From the NCBI GenBank assembly GCA_028534125.1, contig CM052817.1, forward strand, positions 27,716,001-27,780,000: DNA of 64,000 nt, in the 5' to 3' direction. The position numbers were made by a program, and so were the translations under genes. A model generated the notes under the pieces. The model did no database searches. It saw nothing but the letters and a program-made list of their open reading frames with translations, and was not told the origin of the DNA. Positions 38,261 through 51,494 of this stretch are shown piece by piece. Each line of letters starts with the position of its first letter. The stretch's first letter is position 1. The DNA comes from Lama glama. Taxonomy: Eukaryota.

Positions 38261-39604
38261 CAGCATTAAAATATAATTTCAATAGTTTTATTTCTTATTT
38301 GTTAAAATGAAGACTCTGGAGTATTTCTTAGTTGGAAAAATCTCCTTGAGAATCTTGCTATATGAAACATTAGGGCCATAAGACTTGCCACTGTTTCTTG
38401 GAAAAATGGTTGTAGATTCATCATTCTATGCTTTATCACTAGAAATAATGCTGATGTGTTTGAATGTTTAAATATCTTAGGGACTTGGCTCAGATGCCTT
38501 GTTATCAGGAGAATTCAACTGTGTTGGAAGTCTGAGAGGATGCTAATTAATCACCCTTCCCCTTCTATGGGTTCTTAACGCAAGGACCAAAATGCTGACC
38601 AGCTTTATTACTAGTAAAGCCAGTGGATGTGGGCAGGCCTCCACCTCCCTCCCCAAAGCAGAAGCGTTAGTACTATCCCAGTCCTGACATGGTCACGCTC
38701 AGCCCATGCTGGGAAGGTTGAGAAGCGGCCGGGCCTGCCAGATCCAGGCTCGATTCATCCGCTTCCTGGTTGGGAGAGGAAGCCGCTCTCCATCTTGTTG
38801 CACACGCAGATCTGAGAGGACAAGCACAGGCGAGAAGGGTGGGCCAAAGCTGGCCCCCACTCCGGGGATGGCCTGGCTCCTGGAAAAGGTGGCCGATGAC
38901 TGTCCTGAGGAGCCAGTGACAGAGGAGAGAAGGTGCAGGTGTGCTCCCCGGCGCCCCTTCAAGGACCTGAGATGAAGACTTGTCTATGGTTTAGGGTGAG
39001 AACACCGGGGTGGAAGGAAAAGTGTTCTTAGAACGTTGCCCACACTTACTTCTCGGGTTGCACCAGGTGGGATGGAAAATATGAAGTGAAGTCACCTCTT
39101 TCTGACTGATGCTGTAATTACCAGGATGTCCACTGTCCTCTTCAACTTTGGAAAACCCACTGAAGAGAGAGAGATTCGTCAGCTTTGCCACCATAGTTAG
39201 ACCATTACTAAGACGGTCTCTCCTGAACTGTTTTTCTTTTCCTTAAACAGACAACATGTTCACATGGTTAAAAGTTTTAAAGTTACAAAATTTACAAAAA
39301 TACTTTTTCACCTTTTCCCTCTACTGTCCACTGTCTTCCCCAGGGCACCAGAGTTATCTGTTTCTTGCCCTGTACTGTTTTAAAAATCTATTCTCAAGTG
39401 TCTGTGATTCATCTTTCAGACAAGTCATCATCATGTGAAGCTTCCTCACCCTTCTGTCCTTCCCATCCATCTTGGTCCCAATCTTTTGATGTTAAAACCA
39501 GGTCCTGGAACAGGGTCAGTACAAGATGGGGGGAGATTCCAGGCATATTGTATGCATATTTGTGTGCCTGCATTTTGAAGTCAGTTATAAATGATTTAAG
39601 AATT

Positions 39605-39880
39605 CCTCACTTAGTTAATACATCAATCACATATTTATTATTAACCTGTCCAGTGCCACAGATGACACAAAGAAGTACAAAGAATGGCCCCCTAAGTTCA
39701 GAAAACTTTAGTGTTTGGTTGGGGAGGCAAAATTAATAAAGCCATTTGAAAGCAACTTCTAAGCTGTGTGTCCTCAATCGTGGGTAGTGGGGTCGTCCAG
39801 AGAGGAGAAGATTAGTGTGAATTGCGGAGAGCTTCATGGAGGAGGTAGGATTTAAACTGGGCTTTGAAGGACAAAGGATG
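39605..39880 (-). mobile_element. L2 3' fragment
   Basis: gcttcatggaggaggtaggatttaaactgggctttgaagga. Confidence 0.65.
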
Positions 39881-39929
39881 CTCCGTGGGTGCCGGGAAGG
39901 AGGTCATGATAGCACGGCTACTTACAGGC

Positions 39930-40330
39930 CTCCCTGCTTTTCCTCCAACATGCTGGCCTCCTTCCTGACTTACTGTTCCCTCTGCCTGGAACATTATCTC
40001 CTGATCTGCTCAGCTATTTCCTCACCTCCAAGTCCTTGCTCTGATGTCACCTGCCCAATGAAACCTACGCTGACCGCCCCATTTAAAATCAGAATCCACC
40101 TCCATGCTCTGAATGCCCCCTGTTATGCTCTAGTTTTTCTGTAGCTCTTCCTAGTTTCTAAGACATTGCACCATCTGATCTTAAAAATCATGTTTATTGT
40201 TTATTTTCTGTCTGTCCCCCTCTAGGAGGAGGTTCTGCGGGGGCAGAGATATCTTTGTCTTCTTGTCTGGTATACCCTCAGCACTTGGATGCTGGCCCAT
40301 GTTAGGTGATCAGTAAATGTTTGTTGAATA
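39930..40330 (+). mobile_element. L2 3' region
   Basis: ctgttccctctgcctggaac...cagtaaatgtttgttgaata. Confidence 0.8.
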
Positions 40331-40470
40331 CCTGAATACCTTTCCCTTTCCTCCAGACAGAAATTGAGGAGAGAGAGGGTCCGCGAAAAAAAAAATTAAT
40401 CACGTCACCCCTGTGAGCTCAAGACTTTGCATTTCTAAGGGAACATCTATTAAAAACATGTGGCTCAAAG

Positions 40471-40711
40471 TAGGAGTTCAGGATTAGCAGATACACACTA
40501 CTATACATAAAACAGATAAACGACAAGGTCCTATTGTATAGCACAGGGGACTATATTCAATACCTTGTAATAGCCTATGATGAAAGAGAATATGAAAAGG
40601 AATATATATATATATATATATATACACATAACTGAATCACTGTGCTGTATACCAGAAATTAACACAACATTGTAAACCGACTACACTTCAATAAAAAATT
40701 TCTTAAAAAAA
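40471..40711 (+). mobile_element. Short young L1 3' end with (TA)n, polyA signal and imperfect TSD
   Basis: ggattagcagatac...acacttcaataaaaaa; flanks aaaacatgtggctcaaag and aaaaatatggctcagag. Confidence 0.9.
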
Positions 40712-40959
40712 TATGGCTCAGAGCTGGGCCTCTTTTTTATTTTCTGTGGGCCTGAAGATACAGTTTGGAAGTGGAAAATGAAGGAAAGAAACTAAACATT
40801 GTTCCACGTATTAATGTGACCCATGGACTCTGTTAAGAGAGCGGCGCCTTGAAATTTCTGAGCAGTGGGGAAATGATTTCTCTTCATCTGTTCAAGTTTA
40901 GGTGGTGATGAGGGACTACATCCCTTCCCTTGGTCGGGCCTGCCCAGCCTGTATTAAAG

Positions 40960-42345
40960 CCCTTTCTCTATCCTGATGATGCCCACAGTCGTACCTCCGA
41001 GCCTGACATCTCCATTTGCATGCCTCGTCTAAGCTGTCCCCACTCCCAGGCCCCTAGTCTTCACTGTCTCTGTAAGCAGCACCATCACGTACGCAGCAGC
41101 TCAGGTCCCAGACCTCCCAGTCATCCTTGTTTCCTCTTTTTTTCCTCATTCCTCATATCTCATCACTGGTAAGTCCTGTGAGTTTTTCCTCCAAAATGTA
41201 ATCTGTCCTGACGCTGTTCACTGTCCATCTCCACCACCATCACCCTACTCCAGGTCACCATCACGTCCCCTCTGGACTGCTGCCAGACTCCAGCTGATCG
41301 TCCCTCTGCCTCCCTCATCCCCAAGAATCTATTCTCACACATCAGCCAGAGGGGATTCTTTCAAAGACATAAATCTGATCATGCTACCCTCCTGCTCAAA
41401 CCCCTTTAATGTCTTTCTAGTGAAATCTCAAGTGCTCACCACGACCAGGGCTGCACCTGGTCTGGCTGTCACTGCTTCTCATCTCATCAAGGCTCACAAG
41501 CCTCTTCCTTCACAACAGTAACCTCTTTTTCCTTCTTTAAATATTCGGAGCGTATTTCCTGCTTCAGGTCTTTTGCGCTTGCTTTTCCCTGTGTCTGGGA
41601 GGCTCTGCCCCAGATCATTACGGGGCTCCCTTCACTAGTCAGGGTACTAGTGTAAGAGCCCTTCCTGATCACACTGTATAATTCCTGCCCCAAGGGCAAT
41701 TGTCTAGGTTTAATAAGCAGTATCTGGGATCATTGCAATTATTTCCCTGCATCAGTGAGGTCCTAGCAGAAAACTTCCCACTCAGATGAAATAGTGGAAG
41801 GGAAATTAATAAAGGGATCTTTTACAAAGATTTCAGGGGGTAAAAGGAAACCAGCAAGCGATGGTGGTGCTCCTTGTAGCAACAGCAGGGAGCTGTTACC
41901 ATCTCTAGCCCTGAATGGGGCTGCAGCAGGGAGCAGCTACTTGAAGCTGGAGAGGTTAACAATAGTTTATAGGAGAGGCTATCTGTCAGGACTGTGGCCC
42001 AACAGGGAGGATGTCCGGGGGAGTAGACATTCAGACATCACTCTGCTGCTTCCACCCAGTCTCCTGCTGGGGTCCTCATCGGCCAAACCCAACCAGAAAC
42101 CGAAGGGAAAGGCTGCCAGTTGATGCAGTCCATAAAGGTCAGTCTCCACGACACAGAGTAGGCTTGCAAATAGAGGAGAGAGGATCTGGCGGGGCAAACA
42201 GGAGACAGCCAGTATCCAGTACGTGCCTCTGCTAGAATGTAAGTGTCATGAGAGGACAGCTGTCCCCAAAGTCGAGGAGAGTTCCTGGCACTATAGGTGC
42301 CCAGTAAATAGTTGTAGAATGAATGAACAGATAAATGAATGAGAA
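40960..42345 (+). mobile_element. L2, interrupted by an LTR33-like LTR
   Basis: cagccagagggg...aaatctgatcatgc...ctgctcaaacccc; tail agtaaatagttgtagaatgaatgaa after the LTR. Confidence 0.8.
41748..42222 (-). mobile_element. ERVL LTR (LTR33-like)
   Basis: ggccaaacccaaccagaa...tgatgcagtccataaaggtcag...ggatctggcggggcaaacagg resembles the reverse complement of the LTR33 5' end. Confidence 0.8.
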
Positions 42346-43229
42346 TTCTTTGTCTTTGGGGTATGCCTGTGTAGCTCAAGAATTATTAGCTGTAAAATTG
42401 GGGGAATAAATAGATGTGCCTCAGTTCACACTGATGGGGAAGGAGATTATGAATGGACAGCTCACTTTGGCACATTTGCGTCCTCTGGATTCTGGGTGGT
42501 GCTGGGCAGATGGGAGCATGCCTCTTCCAGCCCTCCTGCTGAAGCCCCGGTCAAAGTGTTGCTGCGCACTTAACTCCTCAGACTTGGAGAGATATACCTT
42601 GGATCAGGGTGTGGGAGGGGATTGGTTTGGGATTAAGGCCAATCTCCAAGAGGAGAGGCTGGCGTTTCCCAGAAGATGGATTGAGATTCTTGATGAGAAA
42701 GTACCAGGAGGCGCTTTAATAGGAGTGTGGAAACTTGAGGGTAGGGGTTCCCTGGGAAGGACTTAACTCACCGTGTTACCCTCTGCATGTGGCACCTGAA
42801 ACCCCTTAGCTGCCTTTTATGCAGTACTTCTTGCTTGAAGTCAGAAGAGAAAGTATCAATATTAAAACCATTTTTCTTAAGGAAGACATGCCAAGGATCA
42901 CTGCATATGTGCTTGTGTGTAGAAATAAGAAATGACATATGCAAATTTGTTATTAGGAATTCACTTCTCTTGATGCCTCTTAATATAACTAGTGAGAGAT
43001 TTGTTCCTTTGTTTAAGAGCTAATGGGATTTTACCTGGCCAAGGTATAATGAAACTTTGTCATGGGATTAGGTCTTGGGGAAAGAAAGGTTCACTGTGTG
43101 TCTCTCAATTTTTTGAAGAGGAAAAGGTTGGGGGCTGGGGACAAAGAAAGACAGAGAGAGACTGGGAAAAGGAGAGGCAGTCGTAGATGGAACTGCCTTT
43201 TCAGGAAGGGGAGATGGAGTTTAATACTT

Positions 43230-43430
43230 TCTTTGTGACATTTCACATATACAATCTTATTTATTCCTCATGGCAATCTTATGTCAGCAGTATTATTGTT
43301 TCTTTTCTATAGATAGGTAAACAGATTAACCAGGAGATGAAGTAGATTATCCAAAGTCGCATACTTAGGCAGTGGTGGAAACAGTCCACTGCTTTTAGTC
43401 TTGTACTGCTCAAGCCCCTTCTTTCCACTG
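43230..43430 (-). mobile_element. MIR SINE, degenerate
   Basis: ttatttattcctcatggcaatcttatg...tatagataggtaaacaga. Confidence 0.65.
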
Positions 43431-45574
43431 CTTAGGAGGATTAGAATGGACAGTTGCTGGGATATCTGCAACCTTGGCTCTTAGGGCCACGTCCTGTGCT
43501 TGCTTCTCAGGTGGTCAGTGCTCGCACCCAGACTCTTTGTTCTAACCCGCTAAACCAGGGTCTGACAGCTTCTGGTGTGCATTTCACTCGTCCCGAGGAT
43601 AGGGCTGAAGGTACTTAGAATCTGGTGTAAGGAGCATCTTCAGGACAGTCAGAACTTTCCCCTGTCAAGATGTTTCTTCTTATCAGGGATTCTAAGAGTT
43701 ACGAGGCTGAAAGAATCCAGGATCTGGATTGTCTGTACATCAGTCTGTCCTGTGTCTCAAGAAGAGGTGTTTATGTGTATGAGGAGGGGTGACAAGAGGT
43801 GGGAAACAGATCACCTTTCCTGCCGCACTAGGAGACGAGAAAATGGGGCTCATCTCTGCTAGGAGTCTGTGGATGCCCAGTAAATGCCGATAATGATGAC
43901 ACCTGGCTTTTCATTTATATGGTCTTTTTTGGTTTCTGCCCTAACCTGAATGTGGTGTCAAGGGAACTATTAGTGGCTGGTATTCAGGGACATGTGACTT
44001 GGTATTTATATATTACCTGCCCACTTCATAAAGTGCTAATGAATGTTTGCAAATCTCTTTGAAATCCTCTGGTGAAAGGTGCAGCGTTAAGTGAAAAATA
44101 TTATTATTATTATTAGCAGGTGATAGACAGCTTTGAATGATTGGTCACAAGAATAATTGACATAGCATTAGAAGAAGAGCCAGAAATCATCCAGACCGTT
44201 TCAGCTCCTCCAGCCCCATCAGCCTCCATGTTACATATATTACACTGTTTCCCTGACACCCATCCTAATAACCATATAATTCACACATTAAATCACCACT
44301 TCCAGGGAAAGGTTGAGCTCACTCATAGCTCTATTGATAGTGACACTGAGAGGGAATTAAGTGTTGAAAGGTCTAAAATGGAGAAGTGCTTCTTAGATGG
44401 GGAGGCAAGATCTAGCTGCTGAGTGGTCACCACATTTAAGAGGATATGAGAACGGAATGAATCAGAAACACCATGGAAATGGAGGGGAAACTTTAAAATA
44501 GATGTGAGATTTGAAAGCCATGAAAACAATAAAAATCTAAAGGGAGATAGCCAATTCATAGCAATATTCTTTACTGTTTTCCCTCTCTGGTTTGAAAAAT
44601 AGTGGCAGCACAAACTGACTTTGGTTCCCTAATTTTTTTAATTTGGAGTTATTTAGAATTTCTGTCTTCTGCATAAAATTCAATCTCAGTCAGGGTTGGC
44701 AGGTTGGGTTCAACTTACTCGCTAACTCTAGTTGGGTGGCAATAGCTGCCTGAAGTACAGTGTTGAGAAGAATGATGAAGGTGCATTCATACTCAGCCAG
44801 AAAGAGTGCTGTGATCCATTAGCAATGTCTGCCCTGGGAAAGGGAGGGGGAGGAGTGGTACATATGTGGGCTAGGCCTGACCAGGTGTGAGGATGGCTGA
44901 AAAGGATGGCTTGGACTTAGTTCAAGGTTGCTTATATTCTGACTTATAATCAAAGTTATTAAAGAGCAATCTAAAGGCTTTACTCTTGGCCAGGGTATAA
45001 GTGAGAGGAAATGGCTTCTCTTTGGCTGTCCTGTTTCTCTCATAGAGGACCACTTCAGTTTGGTGGCCTTGGCATCCTGTGTGGAGGAGATGACCCCAGG
45101 TCACTCCGAGAACAGAGAACTGTGGGCCTGATGCCTTTTATGCCCAGAAACAACTTATGTTACCTCCTAGGACTGTAATCCTGCCACTCAGCAAGCCTTG
45201 CCTCCCAGGTCTGGGTTTTGGGGCCTGGGCTGTAGGGTCTGGGCATTTCCCACTTACGTCCACTACCTGTGAGGAGTGGAGCAGTCCTGACCATGCTCCC
45301 CTACAATGCACCACTGAGTGTCTGTGTCACAGAGTGGCTTCCAGAGTGGCGTCTGGGAGATTCCTGAGCCTCCTTTGGACGACGAGCTGCTTCTTGAAGT
45401 CTTATTATTTATCTTGAAGGGGCTTATATTTCAAATAATTTTGTTTTTAGAAGTTTAGAATTCTCTGGTTTCCATTTGGTTTAGAAGAATAGATTGCTGC
45501 AACACTGCTTCATCAGTAGAGAAAGGAGCGGGGGGGGGCAGGAGGTCTTTTGGCATCATTTGCTCAATAACTTT

Positions 45575-45790
45575 TATAATAGTAACAGCTAACATTTATT
45601 GAGCACCTTCTGTGTACGAAGCATATTTTTTCTAAATACTTGCTTTCATCACCTCATTTAATCCCCTTAATGGCTGGACTGTTCACTTTACAGATAGGAG
45701 CACTGAGGCTCAGACTTCCTCAAGCCGCATAAGTGAGAAGTTAGGGTTGGTTTTGAACCCAGATCCGATGAACTCTTACTCCCTTCACGG
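45575..45790 (-). mobile_element. MIR SINE
   Basis: ataatagtaacagctaacatttattgagcacc...tttacagataggagcactgaggctcaga. Confidence 0.85.
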
Positions 45791-47529
45791 CATCTTTCCC
45801 TGTGTGCTGACCTGAATCCTTGTGGCAGTAGATAATGCCACCTCCTTTCACCCTTCCTGGTGGCTATTAAACAATCTCCACAGAGAACTAAAATAAAATA
45901 TTTTGGTTGTCTGTTCTCTTCCTTTTAAAACTTCAGTCTCACACGTAACCTTTGGATAATGTGACTACTGCAAATGTCACATTTACAGCTCATCCCAAAG
46001 GACTTCGGTTTAAAATGGTGGATAACATTTCCCTCTGTTTTCCATTATTTGGCTTAGAACAAATCATAACAAGACAAAAAAGAAAATTGGTTACATCTAA
46101 CGTCAGTAAACTTTTACTTGATGCCAGGTATCTCTTTTATTTAAGTTAATATATAGAAGCAATATAGATGTCCATTCTCTTCCTGCTTTAGGTGACGTAT
46201 TGCCACTTAAACTAGCATATATAGTTCCATATCCTCTTATTTACATCTTAGATTGTCAACCAACTTTGTTGCTTTCGTGGGCAGACTCTGAGTTTTGGGG
46301 TTTGACAGCTTAAAAAGCACTTTTATATCTTTACTTTCCAAGGCAAAGCTGTTACATCTCTACTGCACTGACTATGGGACATACCGTTAAAAGTCACTTG
46401 TCACAGAGGAGCCCAAATCTCAGACTGGAGTTGCTAATTTATCAAGATTCTAATGAGGATCATGGAATTAACTTCAGTGATTTCAAATGTGGGTTATGGA
46501 TGCCTCTTGGTTAGGTTAAAAGTGGTTGAAATTTGATAGCATGAAAAGTCATTGGTTTACTGAAAATTGGCTTTTACTTGGATTCTGTCAGGTTCCCTTG
46601 GGCCAATTCCACCAGAAAATCATTAGCATGTTTACATGAATAATTTCAAACTGCTGGCAGGTAGAGTGGAGATCTCAATCCTGGATTTTTTTTTAAGTGG
46701 AACTTAAAATGTATATCTAGATACATTCTTCTTTTCTTCTGTCCCATCCTGATGCCTGTCCCATTTGTCTCTACCAGACAGACAGAAGGAAGAGAAACAA
46801 AGCGGGGGAAAAGAAAACCTTGCCAGGCTGCAAAGGAGTTGCAATTCACAATGCAGAGAATATAGGTGGAAAAGTTCTTTGGCTTCACTGTTGTTCCTAA
46901 AATGTGTGTAGCATCAAATAATTTAGAGTAGGAAGTGATCTTAGAATTCTGGAAAGATTCAAGGTGATAGGACAGTTCAGAGATTAAACCTCCAATGCTG
47001 GACTGCTCACTTCAGGTGAGGTTCAAGGAGTGACTGAAGTCCCTGCCCACAGCTTGAACCGTCTCCTCTGGGCTCCTTGTAGATAGGGATCAGGTCCTAA
47101 TCCTCTGCATCTACAGTGAACCATGTCCTACGATAGCACCTACTAAATACCTGTTGGATGATTGAACTGTTGGTTCCTAACATCACCGAAAGATGAGCCT
47201 CTCTGTTCCCACACAGCTGTGGTGCCCATCGATTCAATGATACCAGTTCAGTTATTCAGTTCTCTCTAAACTTGGCTCTCTGGATGCTCTCAACTGTGTA
47301 TATGGAGCCTCCTTTTCCTGTTCAGTAGTGTCTCTCCTGGGACTTCTCAGCCTGATTCCATAACTTATCAGTCACTTTTGATTACTAGAGTAGTTCCTAT
47401 TGTATTATTCAAAATTCAGGGCTCTTCATTTAAAAAAATCCACTCTTGCATGTGATTCAGGTCTTATGCCCTCCCTTCTCTCCAGTGTGGCCTTGAGCCC
47501 TGGCTCGGGCCTTGAAGTGTAGGTAAGGA

Positions 47530-47660
47530 TGTATGTGTGTAATTGTGTGCTTGAGTGTGTAAAACTGTGTGAGTGTGTATAAGTGTGTGTGTGTAGAGGT
47601 GTGAGTGTGTATGGGTGTGGTAAGCATGTGTAACTGTGTGTCGGGTTGTGTGTGTGTTTA
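47530..47660. repeat. Degenerate (TG)n-rich simple repeat
   Basis: Seen directly. Confidence 0.85.
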
Positions 47661-49129
47661 TGGAGAGGAGCTGGTCTTGCTCTTGGCCATCTCCTCCTCC
47701 TTCTAAGAACTCACCACTCTGAGATGCTCAGGGCAAAGAAGGGAAAAGGGCAAACACCTCCCTGCCCGCCTGGGCAAGTTCCACCCTCCCCTTGGTTGGC
47801 TGTGAGTGTTCTTCTTGCTTGGTATCCGTGTAAGAGTGGTATGGATGGGGGTCACTTGTCCTTGTCCACTGGCTAAGCAGTTCCCTAAGCATTACCAAAT
47901 ACTTTTGAGATACGGCTGCATCTTAACGCAGACCCCTGGATGGTGGCATTCCATGGCATTTCTCTGATGTATGCACCTCACTGTCCTTCATGCTGTGACA
48001 GTCGCCAGTCTCTGCTACCACAGCTGACTCTTCAGCAATGGAAGATCTGCCTCCCATACCTCCTCCCCCAGGAGCTCAAAGGGGTGGTCCTGGCTTCCTC
48101 CCGCTGGTAGTCTCATGCCCGCCTTTCCATGTCGCACTTCCGTAATTTTCCTTTTTCACAGTCACAAGCACTGGGGACAAATCACAAGTCTCCTAGCTAA
48201 GCAGTCATCTAATGGAGATGAAAGGCTGGTCTCCTCTCCCTTCAGGAACCGTTTTCTCAACCAGTGAGTCTCTTGAGGCCCCTGTTAGGACAAGTGGAGG
48301 GAACAATCTCGAACATTTCCCTCCCCTGATGCCACCTCCTCACTCCTCAGATCCTCCGTTTATATTGACTAGGGTGCTGTGATGGGAAGCAGTTGGTGGT
48401 AGAGCCAGTCCACAGACACTTGGGAATTCTTGTAAGCCCCGAAGGGAGGAGACAGACGTAAGACAAAGACAGGAGCAGGTTGTGTCCTTAGCCACCCATG
48501 CAAGGAAAACCAGCCTGAAAAAGTGAAAAAAGGAAATGGGGAAAAGGAAGGAATATTACAAGCCATGTTCTACTTCCCTTGTGCCTGAAAAGTTACGTAT
48601 GAGCTGAGCGTGGAGAAGCACTAGTGGCGAAGGAAGCACGGGGGCCAAATGACCCGGCTGTTACAGGACAGTCCTGTGCTGTTTTCTCCCGAACAGCCCA
48701 ACTGTCATGGAAATTCTAGTATCTCAGCAAATAGCAATTAAATGAAGTTGGTCGATGAATCAACAAGTATTTATGTCTTCCATATGCCATGTGCTGGGAA
48801 TACAGAGGAAAACAAGACAGCAGTGGTCTCTGTATTTTAGATTTAAGGATGCCGTCAGCTCTTCTTTCCTTCCCTCTCAGTCCTGTATCAACAGCTTAGA
48901 CCTGAGGACTTGATTAGGATTTAAATACAGTGTCAGGACATGTAAAATAAGTGACAGGAAAGGTGGTTCAATGAATCTCACTAATTAAGTGAGTGACTCA
49001 TTCTTTGCATCTACCTACTGGGGGATGGTGGAGAAACTGAGTCAAAGAGCTCTCCAGTTTGCTCCCTCCTGGAGTGTAGCGGGCATGACTACTCCTCTCT
49101 AAGAAAACTTGAAAAATAGATGAGAATAT

Positions 49130-50420
49130 CTACTCACCACTAATGTTAGGTTCCTAGCCTCCTCAGTTGCGTGGAGAGGGAACACTAGCAAGAGGAGCAG
49201 GTGGGAAGTGGGAGGAGGCAGAGAGACAGATAACTTCCATGTTGGGTGAGCTAAGGTTTGCTCTTGGAATAAATTAATCACAGCATCACAGGGACCTACC
49301 CCAACAGAGTTTTAGTTCTTGCTCACACAGTGTCTGTCGTGCACTTGGCAGTCCTCTGAGCAGCAACCCTCCAGGCTGTGAAGGAAAGCCTGTCACTTTT
49401 ATCTCGGGGCTCTGTGGCCTCCCCACGACTTCCAGATTTCCAGGGGACTTCTGGAATGCCACGGCAGCGGACTCACTGCCTCAGCCTGGAAGTGACCCAT
49501 TCATTTGTGTTCACTCTGGTCCACTGCACATGACTTTCCCTAACTGTGAAGAGGGCTGTGAGGCATTGTCTTCTGTGTGCCCAGGAATGAGGACAACTAG
49601 ACGTCCGTTGGACGTTTAGAAGGCCCATCACGCAGTTGATGCACTTGAGGTACCCCTGAAACATCCAAGTCAGAAACATCCAAGTCAGAAATATCCTATA
49701 GGCAGTTGGACACATGGGTCTGGAACTCTGAGTCTCAGACTTGACTGTGCAGAAGAATCATCTGAAGGAGCTGGTTAAAAATGCAGACTCCTGGGTCCTG
49801 CCCCCGGAGGTTCTGCTTTGGTGGGTCTGGAGTTAGGCTCTGCGCTGACTGCAATTTGATAAACACTAGCCTAGAGCTTCAAACGTTCAGCAGCACAGAG
49901 GTGGTGCTCGGCTGCCACTGGGGAGATGAGTTCACCTTCAGAAAGAATAGAAGAGGGTGAGATGAGAAAAAGCTCCAGCCTAAAACCCCAGGAAATTCCG
50001 AGGGGAGAGACTGTTTCAGGAGGGTGGGGAGCTGGGAGCAGACTTTTACAGAAAATGCTGCTGAGAGTTCGTGTGGGATGAGGACCGGAAAGATCCATTG
50101 TGTGTAGCAGCAAGGAGGCTATCGATAGTCTTGGCAAGACCTGGAGGCTGACACCAAGTCTGTGTTCACTGAGGGGTGGGTGGGAACAGAGGAACACTGT
50201 GGACTCTTTTTTGAGGAAGTTTGGCGGCAAAGAGGAGGAGAGAGGCTGGTAGCTGAAGTAGCTGAAGCGGGTGGGCAGCATCAGGGAATTAGAAAAATAC
50301 AGGTGAGGCTGAACATGACTAAACAGTGACTGGAAGACACCAATAGTGAGGGTTAAGTTAAGTAAGGAGGAGACAAGAGATCATCGCGAGATTTCCTGGG
50401 AAAGTGGGAGGGGATGTCGA
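49130..50420 (-). mobile_element. L2 ORF2-region fragment with nested MLT1-like LTR (~49260-49600, minus) and MER5-like MITE (~49730-49870)
   Basis: L2 motifs (taggcagttggacacatgggtctggaactc, tagcagcaaggaggc, gactcttttttgaggaagtttgg); nested ggagctggttaaaaatgcagactcctggg. Confidence 0.75.
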
Positions 50421-50484
50421 GGACCAGTTAGGAAGGATTTGCTCTAGCTTGGCAGAGGAACATGCCTTCAGGAAAAGATGGCTG

Positions 50485-50670
50485 TAGCCTGGCTGTCAAC
50501 TTTGGGTGTTCCCTGGAGTCACCCGAGAAGCTCAAAAATATATCCTGTTGCCTTGTCCCAGCCCTGAGATTCTGTTTAAGTTGTCTGCTGTATAGGCTGG
50601 GTGGCAGGATTTTAAACCAGCTCTCCCAGGTGATTCTAACGCTTGACCGAGGCTGCCAAGATCTTCACTG
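50485..50670. mobile_element. MER5-like MITE
   Basis: gagtcacccgagaagctc...gagattctgtttaagttgtctg...gctctcccaggtgattctaac. Confidence 0.75.
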
Positions 50671-51494
50671 AACAGGCTTGCTTACAGTTCTTGTAGATTT
50701 GACAGCACTTCATAGAGAAGACTTCCCGGACTCCCATTAAGTTAGGATGCTGGACCAGTGTTCCTACAGCACTGTACTTATTTATTTGCTCCTTTCACTT
50801 TAAATTTCTTATTTAATGCATATCTTCATCACTAGATTGTAAGCATGTAGCAGCGGCCCCATCTGTCCTGTTGACCTCTGAATCCCCAGCTGGCAGAGAG
50901 GGGACATTCCATGATGGTTTCTGAGCAAGTGCATCGACCAGACCATACGATGGCAGGAGAGGGCACGGGCTGGAGGAATGCCGCAGTGACTCGGGAAGCT
51001 GTGCCCCAGCTGGCACCAACTGTGTCTGGCCATGGCTGCGTGGGAGCTGCGTGGGTGCCTCTAGGTGTAGAACTCACCCAAACAGCATCAGTGTAAGAGC
51101 CCACGTAATTGTAGCTGCCAGGCAGAGCTGACTGCAATACAAGGTGCTAACAATATCGAGCATTTCTTGTATAATCAAGCATAGTTATTTTGTCTGTAGT
51201 TTAAAGTTGTTTGAAGTTCAAGATTACTTAATTATAAAATTCTAGTTTGTTTCCAAAGGAGTACAGGACTAGGGGGAAAAAAAGGAGCTGTTTTATGAGA
51301 CTTTTTAAAAGAACCTAACTCCTTAAGGAAGCATCTCAATCCGCATCTATGTTTTCGTACTTAAATTGGTAAGATAAACTGCTTATAGCAAGACATCTGT
51401 TATTTCTTCAGCCTTCATCCAACTCTGTACATCCACAGCCTGACCCCTGGCACCTAGTTGCAATGTGTGATGCTGGGTCATAATTTATATAAAT

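Noticed and set aside
46172..46197. Pyrimidine tract with AG|GTGACG as a recursive splice site
   Set aside because: The regenerated donor is weak and no supporting downstream donor was identified.
49658..49687. 15-bp tandem duplication gaaacatccaagtca
   Set aside because: Ordinary slippage duplication inside an L2 fragment.
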